This document shows, piece after piece, positions 8,347 to 17,033 of a stretch of 58,378 nt of DNA. Position 1 is the stretch's first letter, and each line of letters opens with the position of its first letter. Under the pieces are notes generated by a model, which was not told where the DNA came from, did no database searches, and saw only the letters and a list, made by a program, of their open reading frames with translations. The position numbers and the translations under genes were made by a program. Origin of the DNA: Candidatus Dormiibacterota bacterium (GTDB taxonomy: Bacteria > Chloroflexota > Dormibacteria > CF-121); assembly GCA_036513555.1 (NCBI GenBank), contig DATBYU010000140.1, positions 1 to 58,378 on the forward strand, in the 5' to 3' direction.

Positions 8347-9552
8347 CTACGCCGCCCGCAGCGCCCGCACCGGATCCATCCGGGAGGCGCGAAGGGCAGG
8401 AATGATGCCGGCGGCGGCGCCGAGCCCGACTGAGAACACGATCGCCACGATCACAAGCCGCCAGCTGAGCAGGAACAGGGTGAGGTTCGACGACGCAGTG
8501 GCCGCGTTGATCAGGCTCGTCAACCCCCAACCCAGGAGTATCCCGATGCTGCCGCCGATCGCGCCGATCAGCACCGCCTCGAGGATGTACTCGCGGAGGA
8601 TGTGTCCAACCTTCGCGCCGACGGCTTTCTTCAAGCCGATCTCACGGACGCGCTCGGTAACCGCCATCAGCATGGTGTTGATCACTGATAGGCCTCCGAC
8701 GACGAGCGCGATCAGCGCCGCGCCGGTGGTGATGGCGGTGAAGATGGCGCCGCCCGAGTTGAAGCTGGCGACCAGGACGCTCGGCTTGGTTGCCTTGACG
8801 CCCGGGACCTCCGCGTTGATCTTGTCCGCGAGCTTGTCGAGGTCCACACCGGGCTTGCCGTAGACGGTGGCCCCATTGACGAGCTTGGTCGTATCGATGC
8901 TGTCCCGGATGCTGGCCGGCAGCGTCTCCTTCAGAAGCATTTGGCTATCGGCGAGACTGACGTACGCGCCAGTGTCGGGAGCGGTCTGCGTTTTCGCCAG
9001 GATCCCAACCACCGTGAAGGTGTGGTTGACGAAGTCCGGCGGCGCGTCCTTGGCCCGGATCGGAAGGTCGATCGTGTTGCCGACGTTCTTCTTGAACTCG
9101 GTGGCGAAGTCAGAGCCCAATACCACCTCGCCGTTGGTGTTCGTGTTGAGATCGCGACCCTGCGCGATGTGGATCTTGAAGGCACTGTAGTCATTAGAGC
9201 GCGGATCCAGGTTCGAGATGTAGTCGGGGATCCCGAAGGAGACGGCGTTCGCGCTGCCCGGCTTGGCGCTGACGCTCACATCGGGGAATGCCGCCGCGAC
9301 ACCATCGACCTTTTCCAAGGCCGCAACCCGATCGAGTGTGAGCAGGCCGCCGCCGAAGCCGCCGACCGCGCCGCTGGAACTGTCTGCGACCTGGACATTC
9401 GAGCCGAAATAGGTCGCGCCGCCGGATAGCAAGGCATTGAATTTCTCCGCCATGGCGCCCATCGTGACAAGGGCGAGCACGCCGATCACGATCCCGCTGA
9501 TCGTGAGGATGTTGCGCAGCTTGCGCCGAGTCAGATTTCGAATGATTTCCAT
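8347..9552 (-). CDS. ABC transporter permease, FtsX/MacB-type with a large extracytoplasmic domain
   Basis: N-terminal TM (ILTISGIVIGVLALV), a ~230-aa periplasmic-type domain, and a C-terminal FtsX 3-TM bundle (ERVREIGLKKAVGA...). GGAGG RBS upstream of ATG 9552. Confidence 0.85.
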   Translation of the reverse strand: MEIIRNLTRRKLRNILTISGIVIGVLALVTMGAMAEKFNALLSGGATYFGSNVQVADSSSGAVGGFGGGLLTLDRVAALEKVDGVAAAFPDVSVSAKPGSANAVSFGIPDYISNLDPRSNDYSAFKIHIAQGRDLNTNTNGEVVLGSDFATEFKKNVGNTIDLPIRAKDAPPDFVNHTFTVVGILAKTQTAPDTGAYVSLADSQMLLKETLPASIRDSIDTTKLVNGATVYGKPGVDLDKLADKINAEVPGVKATKPSVLVASFNSGGAIFTAITTGAALIALVVGGLSVINTMLMAVTERVREIGLKKAVGAKVGHILREYILEAVLIGAIGGSIGILLGWGLTSLINAATASSNLTLFLLSWRLVIVAIVFSVGLGAAAGIIPALRASRMDPVRALRAA

Positions 9553-9800
9553 GAGGCCCTCCTCTTCTGTGGCCGGCTATTGAATCGATACTGCCGATCG
9601 AGTCTGTCTGAAAGATGTGGCAGGTTGATGCCCAACGGCGCGCGATTTCATGTCACGACGGTAGCGCCCTGCCGTCTTTCAAACCAGTCGCACTGGTCAG
9701 GAATTCGCTATGACACCCGTCATGCAGGCGCCTGAACCGAGTTTTATCAGGAGGGGTGGCCCGGATTGACGTGGCGATAAAAAAGCCCTATAGCTAAAGG

Positions 9801-10697
9801 GTGCTACTGGCCCAGGTCGAGGGGTTCCTCGAAGTCGCCCGCCGAGGCAACGTCAGTCGGGCCGCGGAGGCGATGTTCGTCACCCAGCCGACGCTGACCG
9901 CCCGGCTTCACGCCCTCGAGCGCGAATTGGGCGAACCGCTCTTTGCACGGACCCGCCGCGGCATGCGCCTCACCGACGCGGGACGGGCGTTCCTTCCCTA
10001 CGCCGAGCGCGCCATGCGCGCCGTTCGCGATGGTCGGCAGGCCCTGACCGACGCCCGCTCCGCTTCAGCCGGCCGGCTGGTGCTGGGAGCCGCTCCCGCC
10101 GTCAGCACCTACGTGCTGCCGGCCCTGCTGCAACGGTTCGCGGCCGCCTATCCACGGATCGAGGTGGCCGTTCGGACCGGACATTCGGAGGACGTCTTGC
10201 AGATGCTGCTCCGCGAAGAGGTCCAGCTCGCCATGGTGCGGACGATGCGACACCCCGATATCGAATCGATCCCCCTATACGAAGAGGCATTGGTCCTGGT
10301 GGTAGCGCCGGGGCACCCATTTGCCAAGCGGTCCAACGTCGGGATCGCCGATGTCGCCTCCGAGCGGCTGATCTTTTTCGACCGGACCTCGAGCTATTAC
10401 GAACTGACGCAGTCCTTCTTCCTCAGCCTCGGGGTCACACCGCGGGAAGTGATGGAGCTCGACAATATCGAGTCCGCCAAGAAGATGGTGGAACGTCGGC
10501 TCGGCATTGCCCTGCTCCCTCGCACGGCCGTCGCGGGCGAGCTGGCAGCAAAGACCCTCACCCAGGTGGCGGTCAAGGACGCACCGGCGATGTCGCAAAA
10601 AATCGTTGCAATCCGTCGCCGTGACCAGGGGCGGCCATCAGGCACCGTCGCCGCGTTCGTCAATCTGCTGCGGGAGTCCGATCCCGCCGCCATTTAG
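9801..10697 (+). CDS. LysR-family transcriptional regulator
   Basis: HTH_1 (VSRAAEAMFVTQPTLTARLHALERELGEPLFAR) plus a LysR substrate-binding domain. GTG start. Confidence 0.9.
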   Translation: MLLAQVEGFLEVARRGNVSRAAEAMFVTQPTLTARLHALERELGEPLFARTRRGMRLTDAGRAFLPYAERAMRAVRDGRQALTDARSASAGRLVLGAAPAVSTYVLPALLQRFAAAYPRIEVAVRTGHSEDVLQMLLREEVQLAMVRTMRHPDIESIPLYEEALVLVVAPGHPFAKRSNVGIADVASERLIFFDRTSSYYELTQSFFLSLGVTPREVMELDNIESAKKMVERRLGIALLPRTAVAGELAAKTLTQVAVKDAPAMSQKIVAIRRRDQGRPSGTVAAFVNLLRESDPAAI

Positions 10698-11947
10698 ACG
10701 ACGCGGTCTTCCGGCAGTTCCTCGACGAACTCCTGGCCCAAACGCGCCGCGTCGTAGGCCTTGCCGACCAGGTGGTGATAGGGAACCCCGGAGAACTGGT
10801 GGTGGCTCCTGGTTGGAAAGTCCTGGCCCGACTGGAACTCCTTGCGTTGCAGTGCGATGTAGCCGTTCTGCTGGTCTGCGGACATCGCCTGCAGCAGCAC
10901 GCTGAGCCCGTGGCCTGCGGCGTGCTGGGCGCCGAGCGTGATGAAGATGAACTTGACGCCCATCTCTCCCAGCTCGGCGAAGGTCATCGGGTTCGACTCC
11001 TTGAACCATTTGAACGACGATGACCAGTTGAAGGCAAAGCGCGCGTCGGGGAAGCGTTTCTTGATTTGCTCGGTGAAGGTCTCGACGGCGCCACGATCGG
11101 AGGTCGGGAACTCGCACCAGAGCAGGTCGGGAATGCCGCTGTCCAGGTAGCGAAGGCCACGGTCGACGGCGAGCTCCATGTGCCGCAAGGGCTCGGGGGC
11201 GTCGACGGCGCTCAGGCCGTCGGTGCGGGCGATGATGACGAAGTCTCGATTGCCGAGGTCGTCAGCCACGGCCCGCGCCATCCGCAGTTTGCCAACCATT
11301 TCATTGACGGGGATCAGCGCCTTGCCGCCGATGTGGCCGCAGCGCTTGGGGAGCACCTGGTCTTCGATGTGCGCCGCGGCGACGCCGGCGGTGACGTAAA
11401 GCTCGGTGGTGCGCTGGACGTTGAAGATGTTGCCGTAGCCGCCGTCCATGTCGACGATCACTGGTGGGATGTCGAGGTGTCGGGGCGGCACGCCCTTCTC
11501 GGGATCACCGACCGCCATCGTCAGCTGGAACTTGCGCAGGGCGCTGACGGTTCGGCGCGCGGCGTCGGCGATCTCGACGTTGGAATAGAGGTCCATGTCG
11601 GTGGTGCCCAGGTGGCCGATCGCGAAGGAGTAGCCGCTGAAGTAGACAGCCTTGAAGCCGTAATACATCACCAGCTGGGCGCCCATCGGGTCGTACACGC
11701 CGGGGCCGAAGAGGAAGGGCTCGGTATCGAGCAGCCCTCGCATCCGGGTGCTCGGGTGCACGAATCGCGAGGCGGGAAGCTTGAACCCATCCGGCAGTAA
11801 TGGGCTCGCGACCAGCTGGTTGGTCTGGGGAACGGCCACCTTCGACATCAGGCTCGGGCTATTCGTTCCCGTGATCGCGTTCGCAGTCGTCCGGGCAGCC
11901 GCACTCCGCGATCTCGGCCCGGCAGGGCTGGTAGTCGTCTCGCTCAC
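10694..11947 (-). CDS. isocitrate lyase family protein
   Basis: ICL catalytic motif KRCGHIGGK, FAFNWSSSFKW (compare ICL NCSPSFNW), and GVKFIFITLGAQHA. A low-complexity N-terminal ~33 aa still has high GC3. GTG start at 11947. Confidence 0.8.
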   Translation of the reverse strand: MSETTTSPAGPRSRSAAARTTANAITGTNSPSLMSKVAVPQTNQLVASPLLPDGFKLPASRFVHPSTRMRGLLDTEPFLFGPGVYDPMGAQLVMYYGFKAVYFSGYSFAIGHLGTTDMDLYSNVEIADAARRTVSALRKFQLTMAVGDPEKGVPPRHLDIPPVIVDMDGGYGNIFNVQRTTELYVTAGVAAAHIEDQVLPKRCGHIGGKALIPVNEMVGKLRMARAVADDLGNRDFVIIARTDGLSAVDAPEPLRHMELAVDRGLRYLDSGIPDLLWCEFPTSDRGAVETFTEQIKKRFPDARFAFNWSSSFKWFKESNPMTFAELGEMGVKFIFITLGAQHAAGHGLSVLLQAMSADQQNGYIALQRKEFQSGQDFPTRSHHQFSGVPYHHLVGKAYDAARLGQEFVEELPEDRVV

Positions 11948-11964
11948 GAGGCTGAATGGTGCGT

Positions 11965-11987
11965 GCTTCCATGCTGATCATGGAAGC
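11965..11987 (-). promoter_or_regulatory. perfect 9-bp inverted repeat GCTTCCATG-CTGAT-CATGGAAGC, 18 nt upstream of the isocitrate-lyase-family start
   Basis: Read directly from the sequence. No U-tract follows on the minus strand, so an operator or 5'-UTR hairpin is more likely than a terminator. Confidence 0.3.
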
Positions 11988-12051
11988 GACTGTATCAACT
12001 AACCGGCCATCGGGTCCAATCGTTTCTGGCGATTGGTTCGATCGATAACGC

Positions 12052-12312
12052 CTATAACAAGTGGAAGCTCGCCGCCATCTCCAGTCCCAGCGCCAACGCG
12101 GCGAGGACCAGCAGGATGCCGACGACCCGGGCGTCGTTGGTGGCGGCGATCGCGGCCAGCTTTGCCTCGCGCAACGCGGCGCCTACTTCGCTACGCGTGT
12201 TGCGAACGGCCGCCCGAGCCGCCAGTCGCAGGCGAACCGATACGGTTTCGACCCGACGCGCGGCACGTGCCGGGCCGTGCTCCGGGTGCAGTTGCATGGA
12301 AAACAGTCCCAC
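12052..12312 (-). CDS. small tail-anchored membrane protein, hypothetical
   Basis: The minus frame has high third-position GC, while the overlapping plus-strand ORFs translate to Arg/Pro-rich off-frame-looking sequence. GTG 12312 lies 8 nt after AAGGAGG. C-terminal TM VVGILLVLAALALGL. Confidence 0.45.
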   Translation of the reverse strand: MGLFSMQLHPEHGPARAARRVETVSVRLRLAARAAVRNTRSEVGAALREAKLAAIAATNDARVVGILLVLAALALGLEMAASFHLL

Positions 12313-12405
12313 CTCGCTTCCCTCCTTCCCCTGCGCGAACGGGGCTTCCTGCCCGTCACCGTAGCAGATCACGCCCGGTCCACGTCAAGTGGCTCCGAGT
12401 CTCGT

Positions 12406-12981
12406 TTAGACGGGCGGGGGCAGGTTCCAACGGCTGATCACGGGGTCCTCGTGCTCGTAGCCGAGCACGCTGAGCGCCGCCGTTTGCAGCGCATAGTGCC
12501 GGCCTCCTGAAGGAGGCTCACCCAGCCAGCGGGCGGCGAGTACGCGCAGGACGTGCCCGTGCGCGAACACCAGGACGTCGCCGGCGACCTGGCGCACCTC
12601 GGCGATGACGCGATCCACCCGGCGACCGACGTCCTCGGGGGTCTCGCCGTCGGGCCCACCGTCGCGCCAGAGCGACCAGCCGGGATTCTCCGCCGCGATC
12701 TGTCGCGAGGTCCGACCCTCGTACCGGCCGTAATCCCACTCCATCAACTCCGGCCGCACCTGCGCCGTCGCTCCGTAACCCGCCATGCGGCAGGTCTCCA
12801 GCGCCCGTTGCAGCGGGCTGCTGAGGACCAGGGCAAACTGCCAGGCGCGAAGGGGTGCGCTGAGCGCCGCCGCCAGCCGGCGTCCTTCCTCGGTGAGCGG
12901 GATATCCGTCCGGCCGGTATGGCGACCGTCGCGACTCCACTCGGTTTCGCCGTGGCGAACGAGCACCACGTTGTCCGCCAC
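12406..12981 (-). CDS. histidine phosphatase family protein (phosphoglycerate-mutase-like)
   Basis: VVLVRHGETEWSRDGRHTGRTDIPLTEEG (RHG motif) and a C-terminal VLVFAHGHVLR. A GTG start at 12981 is proposed, 10 nt after the upstream stop. The track start at 13146 overlaps the upstream gene. Confidence 0.8.
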   Translation of the reverse strand: MADNVVLVRHGETEWSRDGRHTGRTDIPLTEEGRRLAAALSAPLRAWQFALVLSSPLQRALETCRMAGYGATAQVRPELMEWDYGRYEGRTSRQIAAENPGWSLWRDGGPDGETPEDVGRRVDRVIAEVRQVAGDVLVFAHGHVLRVLAARWLGEPPSGGRHYALQTAALSVLGYEHEDPVISRWNLPPPV

Positions 12982-12991
12982 GGTGCCGTCC

Positions 12992-13903
12992 TCAGCCGGT
13001 CCGAAAGTTGACGTGCGAGGCGCCGCCGCTGATCCCGATATCGAAGCGGTCGGTCGCCGAGCCGTAGTCGGGGCTCTGTTGCTGGAAGTCGCCGCCGAGG
13101 TTCCCGGACGATGAGCCATTGATCGTGACGGCGCTGACGCCACCACTGACCGCCACCCGCCAGGGCGCGTGGGCCGGCGCGACCATGGTGACGTTGTTGG
13201 CTCCGCCCGACACGCTGATCACCACGGTCCCTTTCGGGTTGGGCAGCTGTGCGTCGAGCCGGTTGGCGCCGCCGGAGATGTCGAGCTTGCTGAGCTGGCC
13301 GTGGCGGAGGTCCAGGCTCAGGTTGGCTGCGCCGCCCCCGATCTGAATCGACCACGGGATCTGATCCGTGAGCGTGATCCGCAGGTGGCGGCGACTCCCG
13401 CCCAAGAAATGGAATGGCGAAAAAGTCGAACTCTCGTGGATCTGCAGAGTGCCGGTCTCGCGGTCGAGGCTGATGGTCGGGGGATTCTCACCGCTCGGAT
13501 AGTCGACGTGAGCCTGGTACAGCGAGTCAGTGAGAGCTCCGGTCTGCACGTCGATGGTGGCGGCTCCGTAGCTGACGTCGAGCCTCGCGGCGGTCAGGCC
13601 ACCCAGGGGTTGCAATGAATCGAATCGCTGGGTCCCGAAGGACGCCGCAGGCGCGAGCGCAGCATAGGCCACCCCGGCGGCCACGATGACGGCGGTCGCC
13701 CCGAGACCAATCAGGGTGGCCTGCTGACGCGGCATGGTCTGATTGAGAATCAGGCGCAGTCCAAGGATGACGAGCAGCAGCGGCCACAGGTCGCCCAGGC
13801 GCTCCAGGGCTTGCGGCGACAGCACGCCGATATTGGCCAGTAGGACGATGATTCCAATCGCGATCAGAACCAGCGGAAGGAAGAAGCCCCGGTTCCGGTA
13901 CAT
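12992..13903 (-). CDS. LiaF-like / DUF4097-type cell-envelope stress protein
   Basis: N-terminal LiaF-type TM hairpin (FFLPLVLIAIGIIVLLANIGVL..LWPLLLVILGL) and C-terminal repetitive beta-strand units (ISGGANRL, VSGGANNV, VSGGVSAV, ISGGASHV). Confidence 0.6.
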   Translation of the reverse strand: MYRNRGFFLPLVLIAIGIIVLLANIGVLSPQALERLGDLWPLLLVILGLRLILNQTMPRQQATLIGLGATAVIVAAGVAYAALAPAASFGTQRFDSLQPLGGLTAARLDVSYGAATIDVQTGALTDSLYQAHVDYPSGENPPTISLDRETGTLQIHESSTFSPFHFLGGSRRHLRITLTDQIPWSIQIGGGAANLSLDLRHGQLSKLDISGGANRLDAQLPNPKGTVVISVSGGANNVTMVAPAHAPWRVAVSGGVSAVTINGSSSGNLGGDFQQQSPDYGSATDRFDIGISGGASHVNFRTG

Positions 13904-13909
13904 CGCAGC

Positions 13910-14476
13910 CTATCGACGCCGAACCAGCAGCAGAAGTCCGAGCGCGATCAGCACAGCGGGCCAGAAGAGATCCCAGGGGACGTTATTGAATACGCCCAGG
14001 TTGGTCAGCAGGAAGTAGGCGCCAAGCACGATCAGGATGATGCCGGCCCACAGCCCAGGCGGCCGGTTGCCGTACGGAGGACCCCACCTTCCATGGTGGT
14101 GGGGGGGCTCGGCGGGTGGGGGGCCACTGGCTGGCGGCGAACCACTCGCGGGATCTCCGCTCGGCGGTGGCGTTCCACTTGCCTGCGAGCGCGAGAAGCC
14201 CCTTCGGAAATCCTGCCTCAGATCGTCGCCCATCGCGCGCAGACGTTCGCCAACACTCCTGGTGGCCGCCGCGGTCGTGTCTTGCGGCGGCTCCATCAAG
14301 AACCAGAGCACCAGATAGAGGAGGATACCGATGCCAGGTGGCACCAGGGCGAGGATGACGAAGACGACTCGGACGAGGAGGGGGTCGACCTCGAAATACG
14401 CCGCGAGGCCCGAGCAAACGCCACCGACGATGCGGTCCGATCCACGTCGCAAGACGCCCCCCGTCGTCTCACCCAC
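13910..14476 (-). CDS. PspC domain-containing membrane protein
   Basis: LRRGSDRIVGGVCSGLAAYFEVDPLLVRVVFVILAL is the PspC domain. It is followed by a Pro/Gly-rich linker and a C-terminal LiaF-type TM hairpin (WAGIILIVLGAYFLLTNLGVF). GTG start. Confidence 0.8.
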   Translation of the reverse strand: MGETTGGVLRRGSDRIVGGVCSGLAAYFEVDPLLVRVVFVILALVPPGIGILLYLVLWFLMEPPQDTTAAATRSVGERLRAMGDDLRQDFRRGFSRSQASGTPPPSGDPASGSPPASGPPPAEPPHHHGRWGPPYGNRPPGLWAGIILIVLGAYFLLTNLGVFNNVPWDLFWPAVLIALGLLLLVRRR

Positions 14477-14510
14477 GGCGCCGCAATTATCTCATGGCGG
14501 CTCCGGGGCG

Positions 14511-14540
14511 AGAAAAAGAGGGCGCGGGGGACGCGCCCTC
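14511..14540 (-). terminator. Rho-independent terminator of the lmo0937-family gene
   Basis: On the minus strand: GAGGGCGCG-TCCCC-CGCGCCCTC followed by TTTTTCT, starting 18 nt after the stop codon. Confidence 0.7.
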
Positions 14541-14558
14541 GTCGGATGGTGGGCGGCG

Positions 14559-14714
14559 TTAGACCGCTCGGCGGCCCACCAGCAGGTTGTAAACGATCCC
14601 GATAATCGCCAGCAGCAGCAGCAGATGAATGAGCCCACCGCCGACGCTGAGGGCGAAGCCGAGGAGCCACAAGACGAAGAGCACGACGACGACGGTCCAG
14701 ATCAAGCTAGCCAT
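14559..14714 (-). CDS. lmo0937-family small membrane protein (51 aa; not in ORF track)
   Basis: MASLIWTVVVVLFVLWLLGFALSVGGGLIHLLLLLAIIGIVYNLLVGRRAV. GGAGG lies 6 nt upstream of ATG 14714. The sequence pattern matches the lmo0937 family as I recall it. Confidence 0.75.
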   Translation of the reverse strand: MASLIWTVVVVLFVLWLLGFALSVGGGLIHLLLLLAIIGIVYNLLVGRRAV

Positions 14715-14761
14715 AAATACCTCCCATAACGGATACCGTGCTACATGATAGCGTCGGTATC

Positions 14762-14790
14762 ATCTTACCGCGAGGGAGAGTGGGTGTCAA
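14762..14790 (-). promoter_or_regulatory. sigma-70-like promoter TTGACA-17 nt-TAAGAT for the lmo0937-family gene
   Basis: Minus strand: TTGACA (14790-14785), a 17-nt spacer, then TAAGAT (14767-14762). Immediately downstream is the inverted repeat GATACCG-N16-CGGTATC (14732-14761). Confidence 0.5.
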
Positions 14791-14970
14791 CCTCGCGATC
14801 AGGGCCCGGACCCGGGCCTGCGGTGGGCTCTCAACAGCCAGGTTCGCCGGGGTGGCCGCAGCAGGGTGTGGGTGGGAACTGAAACCGGTTCGCGATGATC
14901 CGCCGTAGCTTGCGCCCGAGCGGCATCGGCTGGCGCAGGTTATTAAAGAACGCGGACGGTGTCGCTCGGC

Positions 14971-16218
14971 TCATGGGGCCGCTCCGTCGAGGTCTTTGAC
15001 GACGTCTCCCCCGAGCAGCACCATCCGGACGTGCGCGGGATCAGCAAAGATCCCCGGGTCCGCGAGCGGGTCGGCGTCGAGCACGATCAAGTCGGCGCGC
15101 TTGCCCGCTTCGATCGTGCCGACATCCTTTTCGATGCGCATCAACGCCGCGTTGGTCCGGGTGGCCGCGATGATCGCATTCATCGCTCCCATGACTCGCG
15201 CCTGGCAGGCAATCTCCTTCCCTTTCTCGCCCTGCATGTCCGCCAGCACATCAGAGCCGGATCCGATCTGCAACCCCTTTTCGTAGGCGAGCCCGAGCGC
15301 GTCGTAGGCGCCGGTCAGTCCCTGGCGGATCTTGCGCGCCATGTCGTGGGTCCACCCATCGCCGGGCTCGAGCCGCGACATGAGCTCGTAGGTGATCACG
15401 GTCGGGACCAGAAACGTGTCCGATTTCTTCAGCATCTGGTCGGCTGTTTCCTCATCCAGGAAATTCCCATGCTCGATGGATCGGACGCCGGCCTGCAGGC
15501 AGTTCTGGATGGCTCGCGGACCGTAGGCGTGGGCGAGCACGTAGGTTCCGACCGCGCCCGCGACATCGACGGCAGCAGCTAGCTCGTCGACCGAGAATTG
15601 CACGTGATTGAGCTCATCGGTCGGCGAAGCGGCGCCGCCGCTCGCCATCACCTTGATCTGGTCGGCGCCGCGTCGCAGCGCCTCCCGGGCCGCCCGCCGG
15701 ACCTCGTCGGGGCCGTCGGCCAGGATGGTCTCGCTGGTCAGGCCGTGCACCGCGCGGAAGAGCTCGCGGGCCGTGCGAGGCCGCTGGTTATCACCGTGGC
15801 CACCGGTTTGCGAGAGAAATGGTCCGCTGATGAAGAGTCGCGGTCCGCGGATCAGTCCGAGGCGGATGGCTTCCTTGAACCCCCAATCGAGGCCACCGGC
15901 GTCGCGCACCGTCGTGAAGCCGGCCTGCAGCGTGTCTTCGATCTGGCGAGCGATCCGAAGCGCGATCACCGCCGGGGCGAGGGCCACCTCCTCAACCGGA
16001 TCGAGGTCGAGACTGGCCAGGTGGACATGCGCGTCGAGCAGCCCGGGCATCAAGGTGCGGCCCTGGCAGTCGATGACCTGGGCATCCCGGGGACCGGCGG
16101 GCCCGGCCGCTGGACCGATCCGCTGGATGCGTCCCTGCTCGACGACCACGCGCGCGTTGGGTTGGGGATCGCGGCCGGCGCAGTCGAGGAGGGTCGCGTG
16201 TTCGAAGACGACGCTCAC
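14971..16218 (-). CDS. amidohydrolase family metallo-hydrolase (imidazolonepropionase/Xaa-Pro-dipeptidase-like)
   Basis: TLMPGLLDAHVHL metal-binding motif, VMASGG, AHAYG, IEHG, GSD. GTG start. Confidence 0.8.
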   Translation of the reverse strand: MSVVFEHATLLDCAGRDPQPNARVVVEQGRIQRIGPAAGPAGPRDAQVIDCQGRTLMPGLLDAHVHLASLDLDPVEEVALAPAVIALRIARQIEDTLQAGFTTVRDAGGLDWGFKEAIRLGLIRGPRLFISGPFLSQTGGHGDNQRPRTARELFRAVHGLTSETILADGPDEVRRAAREALRRGADQIKVMASGGAASPTDELNHVQFSVDELAAAVDVAGAVGTYVLAHAYGPRAIQNCLQAGVRSIEHGNFLDEETADQMLKKSDTFLVPTVITYELMSRLEPGDGWTHDMARKIRQGLTGAYDALGLAYEKGLQIGSGSDVLADMQGEKGKEIACQARVMGAMNAIIAATRTNAALMRIEKDVGTIEAGKRADLIVLDADPLADPGIFADPAHVRMVLLGGDVVKDLDGAAP

Positions 16219-16234
16219 GGCCCGACTAGTTTAT

Positions 16235-17017
16235 CTACGCGGCGACGTAGGTCAGGAAGAGGTCCGTGCCATAGGCGAGTAAGAACCCGAGGAGCAATCC
16301 CCACGCCATCGCTGCCGGAGAGTTCAAGCGACGGCCGATATGGAACATTTCGTTGACGACGTAGAACAGAGCGCCGGCCGCCAGGGCCAGGAACAGCACA
16401 TAGATATAGGTGGAGGTGAAGAGGTAGCCGATCACTGTCCCGAGAAAGGTCGGGGCACCGCCGATCAAGCCGGCGACGAAGAGAAAGCCCCAGGACGGCA
16501 TCGAGCTGTCGGTGGCCAGCGGCGCGGCGATCCCGAAGCCCTCGGTGACGTTGTGGAGCGCGAAGCCGATGACGAGCACGACGGCGAAGGCGACCGCCCC
16601 GGTGGCGGCGGACTGGCCGATCGCGAGCCCCTCCGAGAGGTTGTGCAGGCCCAGCCCGGTGGCGATCATCATGGCGAGCGTCCTGGGGGCCGGAGGCGGC
16701 GCATGCTTGGTCCGTCCGAACAGCCGCGCGTTGAAGTACACCAGGCCGAGCAGGCCGATCCCGACGCCGGCGGCAAAGATCAGGGCCAGCCCCGCGAAGC
16801 CGCGATCGCCGTGCCGCACGGCGGCCAGGCTGGTCTCGATCGGGGTGGCGGCGTGGCTGAGGATGTCCCAGAGCAGGAAGAGCAGCACGCCGGTGGCGAC
16901 GGCGTTCAGCATGCCCTGGACCGTCTTGGAGATGCCTCGAATCCGCCCGACCGGGAGACCGATGAAGATGGTGGCGCCGGCTATCGCGCCCAGCGCTGCG
17001 GCCGCGGAGTGACTCAC
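16235..17017 (-). CDS. ZIP family metal cation transporter
   Basis: Eight hydrophobic segments with paired motifs HNLSEGLAIG and HNVTEGFGIA. GTG start. Confidence 0.85.
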   Translation of the reverse strand: MSHSAAAALGAIAGATIFIGLPVGRIRGISKTVQGMLNAVATGVLLFLLWDILSHAATPIETSLAAVRHGDRGFAGLALIFAAGVGIGLLGLVYFNARLFGRTKHAPPPAPRTLAMMIATGLGLHNLSEGLAIGQSAATGAVAFAVVLVIGFALHNVTEGFGIAAPLATDSSMPSWGFLFVAGLIGGAPTFLGTVIGYLFTSTYIYVLFLALAAGALFYVVNEMFHIGRRLNSPAAMAWGLLLGFLLAYGTDLFLTYVAA

Positions 17018-17033
17018 GCGATAATGTTAGTAG

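Noticed and set aside
12033-12510. Plus-strand ORFs 12033-12437 and 12061-12510 in the gap between the ICL-family gene and the phosphatase
   Set aside because: Their translations are Arg/Pro-rich, and their 3' parts run antisense into the phosphatase gene. The minus-strand frame has much better third-position GC bias and a strong RBS, so the small minus-strand ORF was preferred.
14800-14900. Possible SRP/4.5S-like or other ncRNA in the 256-nt gap between the amidohydrolase and the lmo0937-family gene (CCAGGTTCGCCGGGGTGGCCGCAGCAGGG)
   Set aside because: It lacks the conserved GGAA tetraloop hairpin and the AGCA symmetric-loop arrangement of SRP RNA. The GC hairpins (for example GGCCCGG-A-CCGGGCC) are more simply terminator-like structures after the amidohydrolase gene.
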